IMG/VR virus record: IMGVR_UViG_3300033076_001104
Direction: 5' to 3' (one strand)
Source: an uncultured virus (IMG/VR IMGVR_UViG_3300033076_001104)
Taxonomy: Duplodnaviria; Heunggongvirae; Uroviricota; Caudoviricetes
DNA: 64,000 nucleotides
The notes beneath the pieces are model-generated. The model did not search any database, had not been told where the DNA came from, and saw only the letters and a program-made list of their open reading frames with translations. The position numbers and the translations under genes were made by a program. Each line of letters begins with the position of its first letter. Position 1 is the stretch's first letter. This document shows, piece after piece, positions 48,968-59,300 of the stretch.

Positions 48968-49339
48968 TTATTCTAAAGTTAATAGGTATTTTAATTTTTG
49001 AAAATTACCCAAAATTTCATCTCTTATATTCAATAGATTTGTATCTTTACTATCTATTTGTTCCCCCATTTGTACTAAAGCGTCACAAATTGTGTCAATC
49101 ATTTGGGTTGGTTTTAATTCGGACAAGTTTGCCAACTGAATGGTGTTTGTTTCATCGTCTAATACGAATCTACCATATTGACCCATTGCCTCTTCAACAA
49201 ATGAATCCATTAATTCTTCCAAAGTATCTCTAGCATCTTCAAATGCTTTATGTCTGGCATAACCTTTTGTTTGCCAATGGAATATCTTAAGTTGTGCACT
49301 TGCACCAAGTAAGAAATTTACATTAGTATTCAAATTCAT
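48968..49339 (-). CDS. Dps/ferritin-like four-helix protein (DUF5856-like)
   Basis: KIFHWQT.GYARHKAF......L..L.DSFVE...G and LLNIRDEIL.....KYLLTL. Confidence 0.75.
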   Translation of the reverse strand: MNLNTNVNFLLGASAQLKIFHWQTKGYARHKAFEDARDTLEELMDSFVEEAMGQYGRFVLDDETNTIQLANLSELKPTQMIDTICDALVQMGEQIDSKDTNLLNIRDEILGNFQKLKYLLTLE

Positions 49340-49961
49340 TTTTTTCTTCTTCTGGATTAAATGATTGTCTTATTGTGTCGGTTGGGTAATCTTCTACGTC
49401 TTGTTTAGTCAAAACATATTCATTTTTACCACTTTTTCTCATTTCGTCTTGTTTAACTGCAAAGAATTGTTGTGGATTTTGACTAAAAGGGTATGAATCT
49501 AAAGATCTCATTTCTAACTTCTCTTGAGCCGTAGGTTCTTTCATTGTTTCCACTTTAGAACCTAATTGGTCAATTTTTGCCATCACTGAGTCCATTTGTG
49601 ATAGTTTACCTTCTAAATCAGATAGTTTACTAAACACATCATCCATTTTATTCATTACACCATCATGTTCAACTTTGTTATCGTCGATATCTTTTTTAAT
49701 ACTTTTAGTCATATTAACTAAATCTGTGATATCAATTTCCTCTGTTGAATCCATTTCAGGTTCTGTTGGAACATCTGCAATTGGTTCAGTTGCACCATCT
49801 ACAGGTGTATCTAAAGGGGCATCTGCACCCGCAGCAGCATCTGCCGCTGGATCAGGTGTCGGTAAATCCGTTGCCTCTTGTTCCATTATCATTTTTTTCC
49901 CGTACTTATTGATAGATTTAAATCTCATCAATTCTTCGTGTAATTTTTGTTCTAAACTCAT
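49323..49961 (-). CDS. Acidic hypothetical protein with coiled coil
   Basis: 212-aa ORF, Pro/Ala/Asp linker and central coiled coil. Confidence 0.65.
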   Translation of the reverse strand: MSLEQKLHEELMRFKSINKYGKKMIMEQEATDLPTPDPAADAAAGADAPLDTPVDGATEPIADVPTEPEMDSTEEIDITDLVNMTKSIKKDIDDNKVEHDGVMNKMDDVFSKLSDLEGKLSQMDSVMAKIDQLGSKVETMKEPTAQEKLEMRSLDSYPFSQNPQQFFAVKQDEMRKSGKNEYVLTKQDVEDYPTDTIRQSFNPEEEKNEFEY

Positions 49962-49965
49962 GGCA

Positions 49966-50169
49966 TTAATCTTGTAAAAGTTGTCTACCGTCTTCGGTAA
50001 TGTATTTTTTATTTATTCTTTCAACGATACCGTCTTTTGACCTAATTACATAACATTCTCCTGTTTGTAAATCACATTCTTCTCTTTCCATTCCATCGTT
50101 AGATACATTTCTAACCTGTTTTGGGTTTAAAAATTGGTCAACTGTGTTTTTTAATTTATTATTATCCAT
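49966..50169 (-). CDS. Small hypothetical protein
   Basis: 67-aa ORF (ECDLQTGEC motif) with TATTTATA box upstream. Confidence 0.65.
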   Translation of the reverse strand: MDNNKLKNTVDQFLNPKQVRNVSNDGMEREECDLQTGECYVIRSKDGIVERINKKYITEDGRQLLQD

Positions 50170-50186
50170 AATATTTTCGTTATTAC

Positions 50187-50194
50187 TATAAATA
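50187..50194 (-). promoter_or_regulatory. TATTTATA putative late promoter box
   Basis: 17 nt upstream of the ATG at 50169. Confidence 0.55.
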
Positions 50195-50215
50195 TCCCGT
50201 ATATTATTAATATTC

Positions 50216-53200
50216 CTATTTAATCATAAAATAGATAATTTCACCCTCCTGTATATCCAAGGTTTTCATTAATTGGTTGGAAAGTGCAATTCCATAACCC
50301 TCAACAGGTGGTCCGATATTAACGGGTCCCGATACATTTAATGATTGAGTTCTTCTATCTAAATTAAAAACAGGATTAATTGTGTGTTTTTTATTGTTTT
50401 TTGGATTTAAAAACTCCGTAATACCTGTTATAACTTTTTCTGCACCATTGCTTCTTGATAATTGGAATTTGGTTGAGTAGAAGTCTTTTGAATTTGACAA
50501 CTCTTTTAGTTCGGACCATTTTAATCCGGTTTCACCTTTTGAATTAACATTTATAGTTGTAGTTAATTTACTTAGTAATGTCATATATGTGTCATCAGAT
50601 AATGTGTACACTTTTGACTCCATACCCATTCTTGCAACTTTTGCTCTGAACCATGTCTTTTTCTGACCATCAGGTGTTATATATTCAACTTTTTGTATAT
50701 ATTTTTCGTTACCATAACCATTATACGGAATACCAAATTCAGAAATTCCAACTGTATTAATTAATTTTTCACCTTTAATAACGGTTCCACCCATATCTGT
50801 TGTGAAATTTCCATTTTCAGTTTTTATTGTTTGTTCGGTATTTGTTTTCGCCTTATCGTCATTTATTTTTTTCACCGTAGCCCTTGCTGAGTTGGTAATT
50901 TTATCTAATAAAGATTTATAACTTGATATGAATGAATCTTCGGGGTCAGGTAATGCCGCAACAGGCATTCTCGTTCCTTTAAACGTTGTTTCAATATTGT
51001 TATTTCTAATACTATGACTAACCTCGGTTATCCAATACGTACCTCTAAACATTGGGATGTTTTTTAAATAGAAGTACATTGTTGGTTGTATCATAACATT
51101 ACCCATCATAGTTACTTCACATTGGTATGATCTGTTTTTATAGATGTCAAACAATGCAATATCTACGTTATATGCACCTGAACCTGACTCTGATCTTGCA
51201 ACATTTTCAAGAACAGTCATTGATTCGGTAGTCTCTTTAAATTGTGCTTGGTCTAATGAAACCCCTTTAAATATATTTTGATATTGGTCACCAAAATTAA
51301 CCTCAAACGCGACTACTTTATTTGATTTGTTCAATTGGTCAACATCATATAATTCGGGTAATGTCACCATTAATGGGTTTTTATTTCTATTTGATATATC
51401 GAATCCATCATCGTTAAATTTATAAGATGACTTATCCATATCAGATGGATGTTTTGAAGTTTGTCCAACGTATTGTATGACAATCTTTGGTGATGACTCT
51501 TGATAATCCACATCTAGAAATGTTCCAAATAGATTTTTAGCCACCGATTTCGATGGTGTAATTTTTGACCTGTTTGAAATATTTGTACCATAAAAATTAA
51601 CATATGCCGGTAATGCTCTCATATCAAAATTAGAACCAGCTAACAGTGTTGAAATTGCACTGTATAAACTAATTTTATCGTTTTTAGAATCAAATAAAGA
51701 AGTAAACTTACTTATGTTAAGGTACGCTTTACTACCGATATCTCTATTTGCTCTATCTAAAAATAAAAACTCTTCAAATAATAATCTCTGCCCTATTGAA
51801 TTACCGGCAATCCATTTATCATTAAAAGATTTGAATGAATTGTATATTTCAAGTTTAAGTTGTCTATTATTATACCCATCAATGAAGTTAACTGAAACAT
51901 CATTTCTTTCTAATTTTAAAGAAGGGAATTTTGAAATTAATTGTGTTAAAAAATAATTTAATCTGTTATTGGAACCACCTACTTCATTCGATGAAGTTCC
52001 TTTATCGATAATGTTATTTTTTAGGTAAGTTGCAAAATCTGTTCTATTGTTATTTTTACCAAGTTTAATATATCCTCCATAAATCAACACTAATGGTCTA
52101 AATAATAAAATATTTTCTTCCGTTAGTGCAATATTTGAAATTCTGAAGAAATCACCATAATCGATACCCGTGTCAGGATTTTCCCCGATATATAATTTTA
52201 CATATTTTGTATTTCCACTTTGGGATGTATAATCATATGTTCCCCATGTTTTTGTTCTATTAACATACCCATCTAAAACCGAAGAATCTAACTCTTTTGG
52301 GTTACCGATTGTAAGTTTTATAAAATTATTTTCACTTATTAGATTTTCAGATAATGTAACTAATTTTTCCTTTTGTTTATTTTTTAGTTTCTGTAAATTT
52401 TCATCAACATTTGTACCGAATGAAGAATCTTTTTTAATTGAGACGATTTCCTTTAACAGTTGCTGAAAATTATCATATTTTATATTTTGGAATTTCTTAT
52501 ATGGATCATCCTCACCTATATAATCTGAACTAAATTGTAAAAACAAATCTTCAAACTCATCTAAAATTTGTGGATTAAATGTTGCAATTAAATCATAAAC
52601 CTTCTCTTGATTGTTACCTATCTCAAAAATTTTCAGATTACCTGTATTGTATTGGTATGGTGTTGAGAATGTTTTACCGCTAAAACTTTCGTTAGTATAC
52701 TCATCTTCCCAAACGATTCTAAAATTCATTTGTTCTGACATTCCAAAATCAAAATCAGAAGGTTCTAATCCATTAGGGTAATTCTTAAAATTAATTTTAT
52801 CATTATATCCATCACAAGGTAATAATGTATATCTTAAATCGTTTGAATCAAACTTAGAATTATCAACATACTGTGTCCAATAATTTAAACCGTTTTCTTT
52901 TGAACGGTATTTTCCATTAATTATACTATTGTTTGTGTTTCCAGAAAAAGATTGGTTTCCCAATGATACATCATAATGATTATACCCATTTACCACTTGA
53001 TGATAAATCGCATCATAATATGGGTGTATACCGACATCTTTAGAGGACGAGTATGTTACACCTGATGAATTAAACGTGAAGGTTGTAAATTGACTTCCCG
53101 TTTCATTATCGTTAAAAAATTTATTTCCACTTATATTTGTAGTTGTAGTATCAGTATTTGATGTTGTGAATCCTGTTAAAATATCAACACCTTCTGTAAT

Positions 53201-56026
53201 CATTTTTTTATATCTATGATATATCGAACCCCATTTAAGAATTAAATGGTAAGGTAAAAAATGTGTGGCACCTATTTCTCTAAAAATAGAAGATACTCTA
53301 ACCGGAGTTAATGATGTTACGGTACTACCTTCCGCTCTTTGAAATGTAATTGTATCTTTTAAGTCAACATAAGGTAATGAATTCAATAACAAATATGCAG
53401 AACCCGAATATTTCCCAAATGAATTTGTTTTAGTAAAATCATTATATAGTTGTTTGTGGAAATACGGAGTGTTTAATATATTTGTTGAGTTGTTACCATT
53501 GGATAATGACTGTGTAAACATATTAAATGTTCCATCATTATTTTTATATGGTTTTTTAATCCAATTATATGTGTTAAATGGACTACTTATAAATTCATCG
53601 TACTCTCCTAATTTAAAAACTTTATTAAATTTAAACTCATCAGCACTAAACTTATCCTTATCAATGTAGTTTAAATAGGTATCTGAATTAAAAGGAAAAA
53701 CATCTTTTCTATAGTCTTCCGCAGTATAGTTAACAACAGAATCAATTAAGTTTGTATATAGTGAACTATCGAATTTTTTAGTTGTGTTAGTTTTTATATC
53801 TTCAATTTTAAAAGATTTATTAACAATCTCCTTCAAATATTCAGTACTTGGGGATGAATCTAAAAAATATTGGTATTTCTCGTATTTGGATAATTTTTCC
53901 ATGTATTCCAACATTATATCAATAGATTTAACGTTGTTTTTTAACATGTCCAAAATATCTAATTCTTCACCAACAACATTTTGTATGGTTTCAAATTCAA
54001 TATTCGATAATTCATTTAAAATTTTATTATTATATGAATCAACCAAAGTAAACATTTTCGCCCTTTCATATATTTCATATAAGAACGCAATTGGTGTTCT
54101 ATTTGAATATGGTACAGTTGAATTTGTAGAAAATAACGTACTAATATCTTTTATATTAGATTCATCTCTATCACTTTCAAAAACATATTCTAAATCATTA
54201 ACACCTCCCTCTTTTTCAACTAACGGGTCATTTATATTTGTTGCAACACCCATAAATTCTTCAACAAAAGAAACTTCAGGCCATAATAATCCGTTATAAG
54301 ATTTTAATTTGTCTTGTAACTCAGGTTCACCCGGATAGGCAATAACCTTTTGTTTATCACTAGGTGTTACTTTTTTAATTTCAGGCCACGGATAAATTGC
54401 TTCACCAACACTTTCATCTGTGAAATTCTTAATTAAATCTTTTCTTTCGTTTGATAAATTAAACGCATCATTATGTACATCTTTCATTAATCTAACATAC
54501 ACTTCCGCGTTGGCCATTAATACCCCAAATAAGTTTCTTATCGTTGGTTCAAAACCAAAACCTTTATCGGGATCTTTAATAACTTCGTTCATCTTCTTTT
54601 CAATCGCCTTTTCTATTTTTGAATTTTGTTCAAAAAATACTTGTTTAAGTGAATGAATATCAGATATCATCTTATCAATCAAGATGTAATATTTTGATGC
54701 ATTATTTGTTGGTTTAAAATAATACGTTTTAATGTTTGGTAACGTATTCGATAATATTTTTGTATTTACATTTAATGCATCCTTACCCTTTTTAATTTTA
54801 TCATTAAATGTTTTTTGATATTTTTTTAACTCTTCTGATGAGGTGTAAACTATATATTCTAAAGATTTATTGTTTGTATTACCTGTAACAGATTCTAAAT
54901 TTAATTTATTGGTACCCTTTAATGCGTACCCTCTATTAACAACTTTGTTAATTACAAACTCATCACTATAATCTGTTAAATCTAAATTTTTTGTTTTCCA
55001 ACCATTAACCATGGTTTCAAAATCATCTAAAGTTTTTCTATAAACTCTTAATCCATCTAAAACTTCAGGGTCAATTACTTCATCAAAAATTTGTTGTTCT
55101 AATCTTTTATCTAATGTAGATGCAAGTGTACATATTTCTCTCAATGTTTTAATTGGGAAATTTTCAGGAATCAATTTTTTCTGTTTCATTTCCGAGTAAA
55201 CAGATTTTAATATTTGATATCCTTTAGAAGATTTTAACGCAGTTTTCTCATAAACACCTTTTTGTTCGTTAAATGTTTTATTACCCTCAATTGTTCTAGC
55301 AAACATATACGGACTATTCAATACCGCTTTTAATGGTATATCAGTCATGAATGGATATGTTGAACCCAAAAATCTTGTTGATATTTCAAAGTTACCTGTT
55401 GAACCGTTAAATCGAGAGTTAAACGATGTTAGATGTAAACGATATCTAATTGCCTTACCATAATAACCTTTAATAGTTAAATAAAATATCGGCCACGGCA
55501 TATGAAAAAACGCCTTATATGGTGAATTTGCCGGAGAATCAAAAAGTGTTTTACCTCTAACGTCAACGAATTCAATGTTAATTTGAGGAATGAAATTTGC
55601 ACCCTTTACTTGTATCGAAATTGATTGAATACCAAAAGATTGACCCGTACTATCAGTTTGGAATGGGTCTCCAACGGAATTACCGTCTTTATCTTTTTTT
55701 TGTGTAGTTTCTAAAAACGCGTCCGTCCAACCCGATGTAAAATTTCTATCTTCGGGATTTGATACGTCTCCCGTTTGTGAAGATAGAAAATTTAGTGTAC
55801 CCTTTGCAACCGTTCTTAATGTGGATTTTTCACCTGAAACAAGTGTTGTTCTTGGAACAATATCCGCCTCTAAATTTACAAACATGACCAAGTTTTCTTG
55901 AGAAACTGATCTTGGTTGTACCTCACCATTTACCAATACACTATTAGGATCGACGTAAATTAAATTATTTTCATCGGTCTTAATTAAAATATTTTCAGTA
56001 TTTGATAAATCATTATTGTTCGCCAT
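50216..56026 (-). CDS. Giant baseplate hub / tail-tip protein (gp27 / late-control-D-like segments)
   Basis: 1936 aa; N-terminal FGIQSISI..PQINIEFVDVRG; C-terminal CEVTMMGNVMIQP..YFYL...GTYWITEVSHSI....ETTFKG typical of hub proteins. Confidence 0.65.
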   Translation of the reverse strand: MANNNDLSNTENILIKTDENNLIYVDPNSVLVNGEVQPRSVSQENLVMFVNLEADIVPRTTLVSGEKSTLRTVAKGTLNFLSSQTGDVSNPEDRNFTSGWTDAFLETTQKKDKDGNSVGDPFQTDSTGQSFGIQSISIQVKGANFIPQINIEFVDVRGKTLFDSPANSPYKAFFHMPWPIFYLTIKGYYGKAIRYRLHLTSFNSRFNGSTGNFEISTRFLGSTYPFMTDIPLKAVLNSPYMFARTIEGNKTFNEQKGVYEKTALKSSKGYQILKSVYSEMKQKKLIPENFPIKTLREICTLASTLDKRLEQQIFDEVIDPEVLDGLRVYRKTLDDFETMVNGWKTKNLDLTDYSDEFVINKVVNRGYALKGTNKLNLESVTGNTNNKSLEYIVYTSSEELKKYQKTFNDKIKKGKDALNVNTKILSNTLPNIKTYYFKPTNNASKYYILIDKMISDIHSLKQVFFEQNSKIEKAIEKKMNEVIKDPDKGFGFEPTIRNLFGVLMANAEVYVRLMKDVHNDAFNLSNERKDLIKNFTDESVGEAIYPWPEIKKVTPSDKQKVIAYPGEPELQDKLKSYNGLLWPEVSFVEEFMGVATNINDPLVEKEGGVNDLEYVFESDRDESNIKDISTLFSTNSTVPYSNRTPIAFLYEIYERAKMFTLVDSYNNKILNELSNIEFETIQNVVGEELDILDMLKNNVKSIDIMLEYMEKLSKYEKYQYFLDSSPSTEYLKEIVNKSFKIEDIKTNTTKKFDSSLYTNLIDSVVNYTAEDYRKDVFPFNSDTYLNYIDKDKFSADEFKFNKVFKLGEYDEFISSPFNTYNWIKKPYKNNDGTFNMFTQSLSNGNNSTNILNTPYFHKQLYNDFTKTNSFGKYSGSAYLLLNSLPYVDLKDTITFQRAEGSTVTSLTPVRVSSIFREIGATHFLPYHLILKWGSIYHRYKKMITEGVDILTGFTTSNTDTTTTNISGNKFFNDNETGSQFTTFTFNSSGVTYSSSKDVGIHPYYDAIYHQVVNGYNHYDVSLGNQSFSGNTNNSIINGKYRSKENGLNYWTQYVDNSKFDSNDLRYTLLPCDGYNDKINFKNYPNGLEPSDFDFGMSEQMNFRIVWEDEYTNESFSGKTFSTPYQYNTGNLKIFEIGNNQEKVYDLIATFNPQILDEFEDLFLQFSSDYIGEDDPYKKFQNIKYDNFQQLLKEIVSIKKDSSFGTNVDENLQKLKNKQKEKLVTLSENLISENNFIKLTIGNPKELDSSVLDGYVNRTKTWGTYDYTSQSGNTKYVKLYIGENPDTGIDYGDFFRISNIALTEENILLFRPLVLIYGGYIKLGKNNNRTDFATYLKNNIIDKGTSSNEVGGSNNRLNYFLTQLISKFPSLKLERNDVSVNFIDGYNNRQLKLEIYNSFKSFNDKWIAGNSIGQRLLFEEFLFLDRANRDIGSKAYLNISKFTSLFDSKNDKISLYSAISTLLAGSNFDMRALPAYVNFYGTNISNRSKITPSKSVAKNLFGTFLDVDYQESSPKIVIQYVGQTSKHPSDMDKSSYKFNDDGFDISNRNKNPLMVTLPELYDVDQLNKSNKVVAFEVNFGDQYQNIFKGVSLDQAQFKETTESMTVLENVARSESGSGAYNVDIALFDIYKNRSYQCEVTMMGNVMIQPTMYFYLKNIPMFRGTYWITEVSHSIRNNNIETTFKGTRMPVAALPDPEDSFISSYKSLLDKITNSARATVKKINDDKAKTNTEQTIKTENGNFTTDMGGTVIKGEKLINTVGISEFGIPYNGYGNEKYIQKVEYITPDGQKKTWFRAKVARMGMESKVYTLSDDTYMTLLSKLTTTINVNSKGETGLKWSELKELSNSKDFYSTKFQLSRSNGAEKVITGITEFLNPKNNKKHTINPVFNLDRRTQSLNVSGPVNIGPPVEGYGIALSNQLMKTLDIQEGEIIYFMIK

Positions 56027-56339
56027 AATATAAATTATACAATTCTATACCCTTCTTATAATCCTGTAATGTTGCAGTTAATGGAAATGGTATTCTTAAT
56101 ATAAAATTATCAGAAAGTTCAAACTCATTAGTACCTGCAGATGGGTTTGCCAACATTATTAACCAACCAAATGTTGGTGAACCATAAAACTCTTGTGATA
56201 ATTTATCTAATCTGTCTTTGGTTTTTCTATATTGGTGGTATTTGTCGGTACCCTTAATTGGTATTTCAATACCTGGTACAATTCTAAATTTACCATCATC
56301 TATAAAAGATTCATATCTATCAAAATAGGTCCTACTCAT
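56013..56339 (-). CDS. LysM-like baseplate protein (gp53 / tail X-like)
   Basis: DRLDKLSQEFYGSPTFGWLIMLANP...LRIP. Confidence 0.8.
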   Translation of the reverse strand: MSRTYFDRYESFIDDGKFRIVPGIEIPIKGTDKYHQYRKTKDRLDKLSQEFYGSPTFGWLIMLANPSAGTNEFELSDNFILRIPFPLTATLQDYKKGIELYNLYYGEQ

Positions 56340-59300
56340 GGTTTATAGTAATTTAAATTGTTACCAGTTACTGGTACATTATTTTTTGATTTTAATTTTT
56401 TAACCTCCTCTTTAACTGCGTCATCCGTAAATGTATTATCAAATGTTGCAGTATATGAAATCGGGTTATTATTTTTTCTTTCTTTTAATTTTTTAAATTT
56501 AAACTTCTTATCCTTAATTGGTTCACCAATAAAAGAATCGAATTTTTTAGTTATTTTTTTAACTGTATTTTCGTCAAAAATTATTGTATCAACTTTAAAT
56601 ACATTTAATAACTTATTCTTATCGTCATCTTTTAATAATACGGATAATAATTGAGAAAGTGTATCCGTACTTATTTGTGGTGAATTAAAATTAATCGACG
56701 TGTCTAAATCTTCGTATAACTTATCATTATTATTATTAATATGTTCAATACAGTTACTATATTCATTAAACAACAAATTTCTTGTAAATCCTGATAATGT
56801 CGCCTTTGACATTTGTTCTCCCGTTATACTGATGTCAGATTCGTATTTAACTACAAAATTTAAATTATCTAATGTTTGAATTAGATTATTTCTATTTTTT
56901 AGGAATTCATCAACACTTTTAATGTCGGTGATTTTACTTATTTTGGATTCAACAATTTTCTTTAATTCGGGTTTTAATAATTCATTTGCTTTGTTTTGTT
57001 TAGGTACGGGTAAAACCTTATCTAAACCAAACATTTCACTTATGTTTATTGTGTCAATTTTATCAACCATTTTTGTTTTTAAAACATTCACATAGAATGA
57101 TAATGGTCTATTTTTTTGATATTCACCAAATAGATACATTGAGGCAGTTGAACCATTTCCATCAACATATTCATATGTTTTAATATCTCTATATGTTGGA
57201 TGTAAAATCATGGACGCAATTGAAGTTCCATAATCTTTTACAACTACATTATATAGTGATTCATAACTACTAAAATATTGTTTAGTGTTTTCGTATATGT
57301 TTTCAAGAAGTGGTTTATCGTATGTTAATGTATTTTGATTTAACACACCACAATATTCACCCTCTGTTAATTCATTACCTTTATTGTTGTTCGTCGAATC
57401 TTCAGGTTTTACATCTGGTGTGTTTAATTTCTCCAAAAATTCTCTTGTGAATTTATCGGCTTCTTTTCCTCCGATTCTTAATCCGTCAGATTGTATTGAT
57501 CTTTCATCATACATTTCAGTATTGGCAAAGAAATTAGAAGATAACGCGTTTTGTAATCTCTCAACCGGTTTTGATAAACCTTGTCCTCCAATAAAGTTAA
57601 CTTGTAAAGAAACATTTGCAATCATTGGTTGTACACCAATTCCTTCGGGATTTAAATCCCAAACATTATCTTCAAATGTTATGTTAACATCACGTATGAT
57701 TATTTTTGAGTGGTAAAAATCACCAACTCTTAATACACAAATAGGTGGTGGACCAAATGAAGTATTTCTCGCATTTAAATCCGCAACATCACTAATACCT
57801 TTAATAGGTATAGTATCACCAGGTCTAAGACATTGTAACAAGAATGTCAATCTCGCATTTAAACCTTCTGGTGTCATTGAGTGAAACGCAGGATGGAAAT
57901 ATTTTAACTTATCCTTCATTGTTCTCATAACAACAGGGTCACTCTCTTCTAACTTTTGGAAATAATAACATTCACCAAGAGTCTTCATTATAATTCTTTT
58001 CATTGGGTCAACAGGTATTCTTTTTGGATTGAATACTGTCTCTTCAACAGGAACTAATTTAGTGGTTGTTGTTGGGTCAATACCTGGTTTTTGTGGTTCA
58101 GGTTTTGGTGTTTTTGTATATTTTATTTTAACAGTTGCTTGTCTACAACCAAACGCTAATGGTGCAGAAACTCTTAAATCAAACGCACCACTTTTATATT
58201 TAAAGTTTTGGTTTGTACAGTTTTTATCATTTTCAATTTGGAATTCTTCTCCCGCACTTGATGTTTTTAAAACTAGTTTACCTTCTAACTCAGTGTAACC
58301 AAGATTTTTAAAACTAATCTCTAATGCAATATCTGTCTTACTATTTTTACTTCCTGTAAATGTTTTAGGCCATTTACTACTTAATAATGATGATACGTCT
58401 GTACCATCTTTTTTAATTTTTTCAAATATTTCTAATAAAACACTATATGTTCTTCTTATAGATAACTTCCAATTGTATTCGGTATCAGCAACCGCAGAAC
58501 ACGACGCCAAAATACCAACATTTATTTCATTAACAATTCCTTTTTCAATATCTGATTTTAGTGTTGTTAATTGTGTATTAAACTCAGTAAAACCTGATTG
58601 TGCTTCACTAATTTCTTTATCTAAATCTGTAATTGTTTTTCCACTATATGTTGATGCTTCAGCAACGGGTATGTCTTTTCCAAAAAGTACTTTCTTGTCA
58701 TGTATTGCATTCGCCTTGTTATAATCATCAACCAATATTTTTTGTAAGACACCTTTTAAATTATTTTTAGTATCTTCAATCCATTTTTCTGAACCCGTTT
58801 TTTGGTTGTATATCTCACTATACTTTTCAGATTTATATTCACCTAAATTAGTTTTTGGCCAATCGTTAGCAAAATTTAAAGATATTAATTTACCATCTAC
58901 CTTTTCTGTTAAATCTTTATTAACCTCCGGTTCTTTTTTAACGGGGTCTGTTGTTGTAACTGATTTGTATTTTGTAATGGTCTCTTTATCAGTTTTTCTA
59001 TTTAAGAAATCTGTAATAAGTTTCGCATCTTCTGATGTGATTGTTGAATATCTTCTGATTAAATCGTAGAAATCAATTTCTTCGCATCCCGCAAAGAATG
59101 CACTAATGTAGTTTTCAACTTCATCATCGGTCATTCCTTTAAAATGTTCTCTAACCAATAGATTCAATATACTTGGGTGGTCAACAATAACTTTAAATGA
59201 AACTTGTCCACTTCTTTCAGTATTTTGATATGTATAAATTGGTTCGGGTCTACCTAAGAATGAATTAGATTCCCATCTCGCACTATTTTGTTCACTAACT

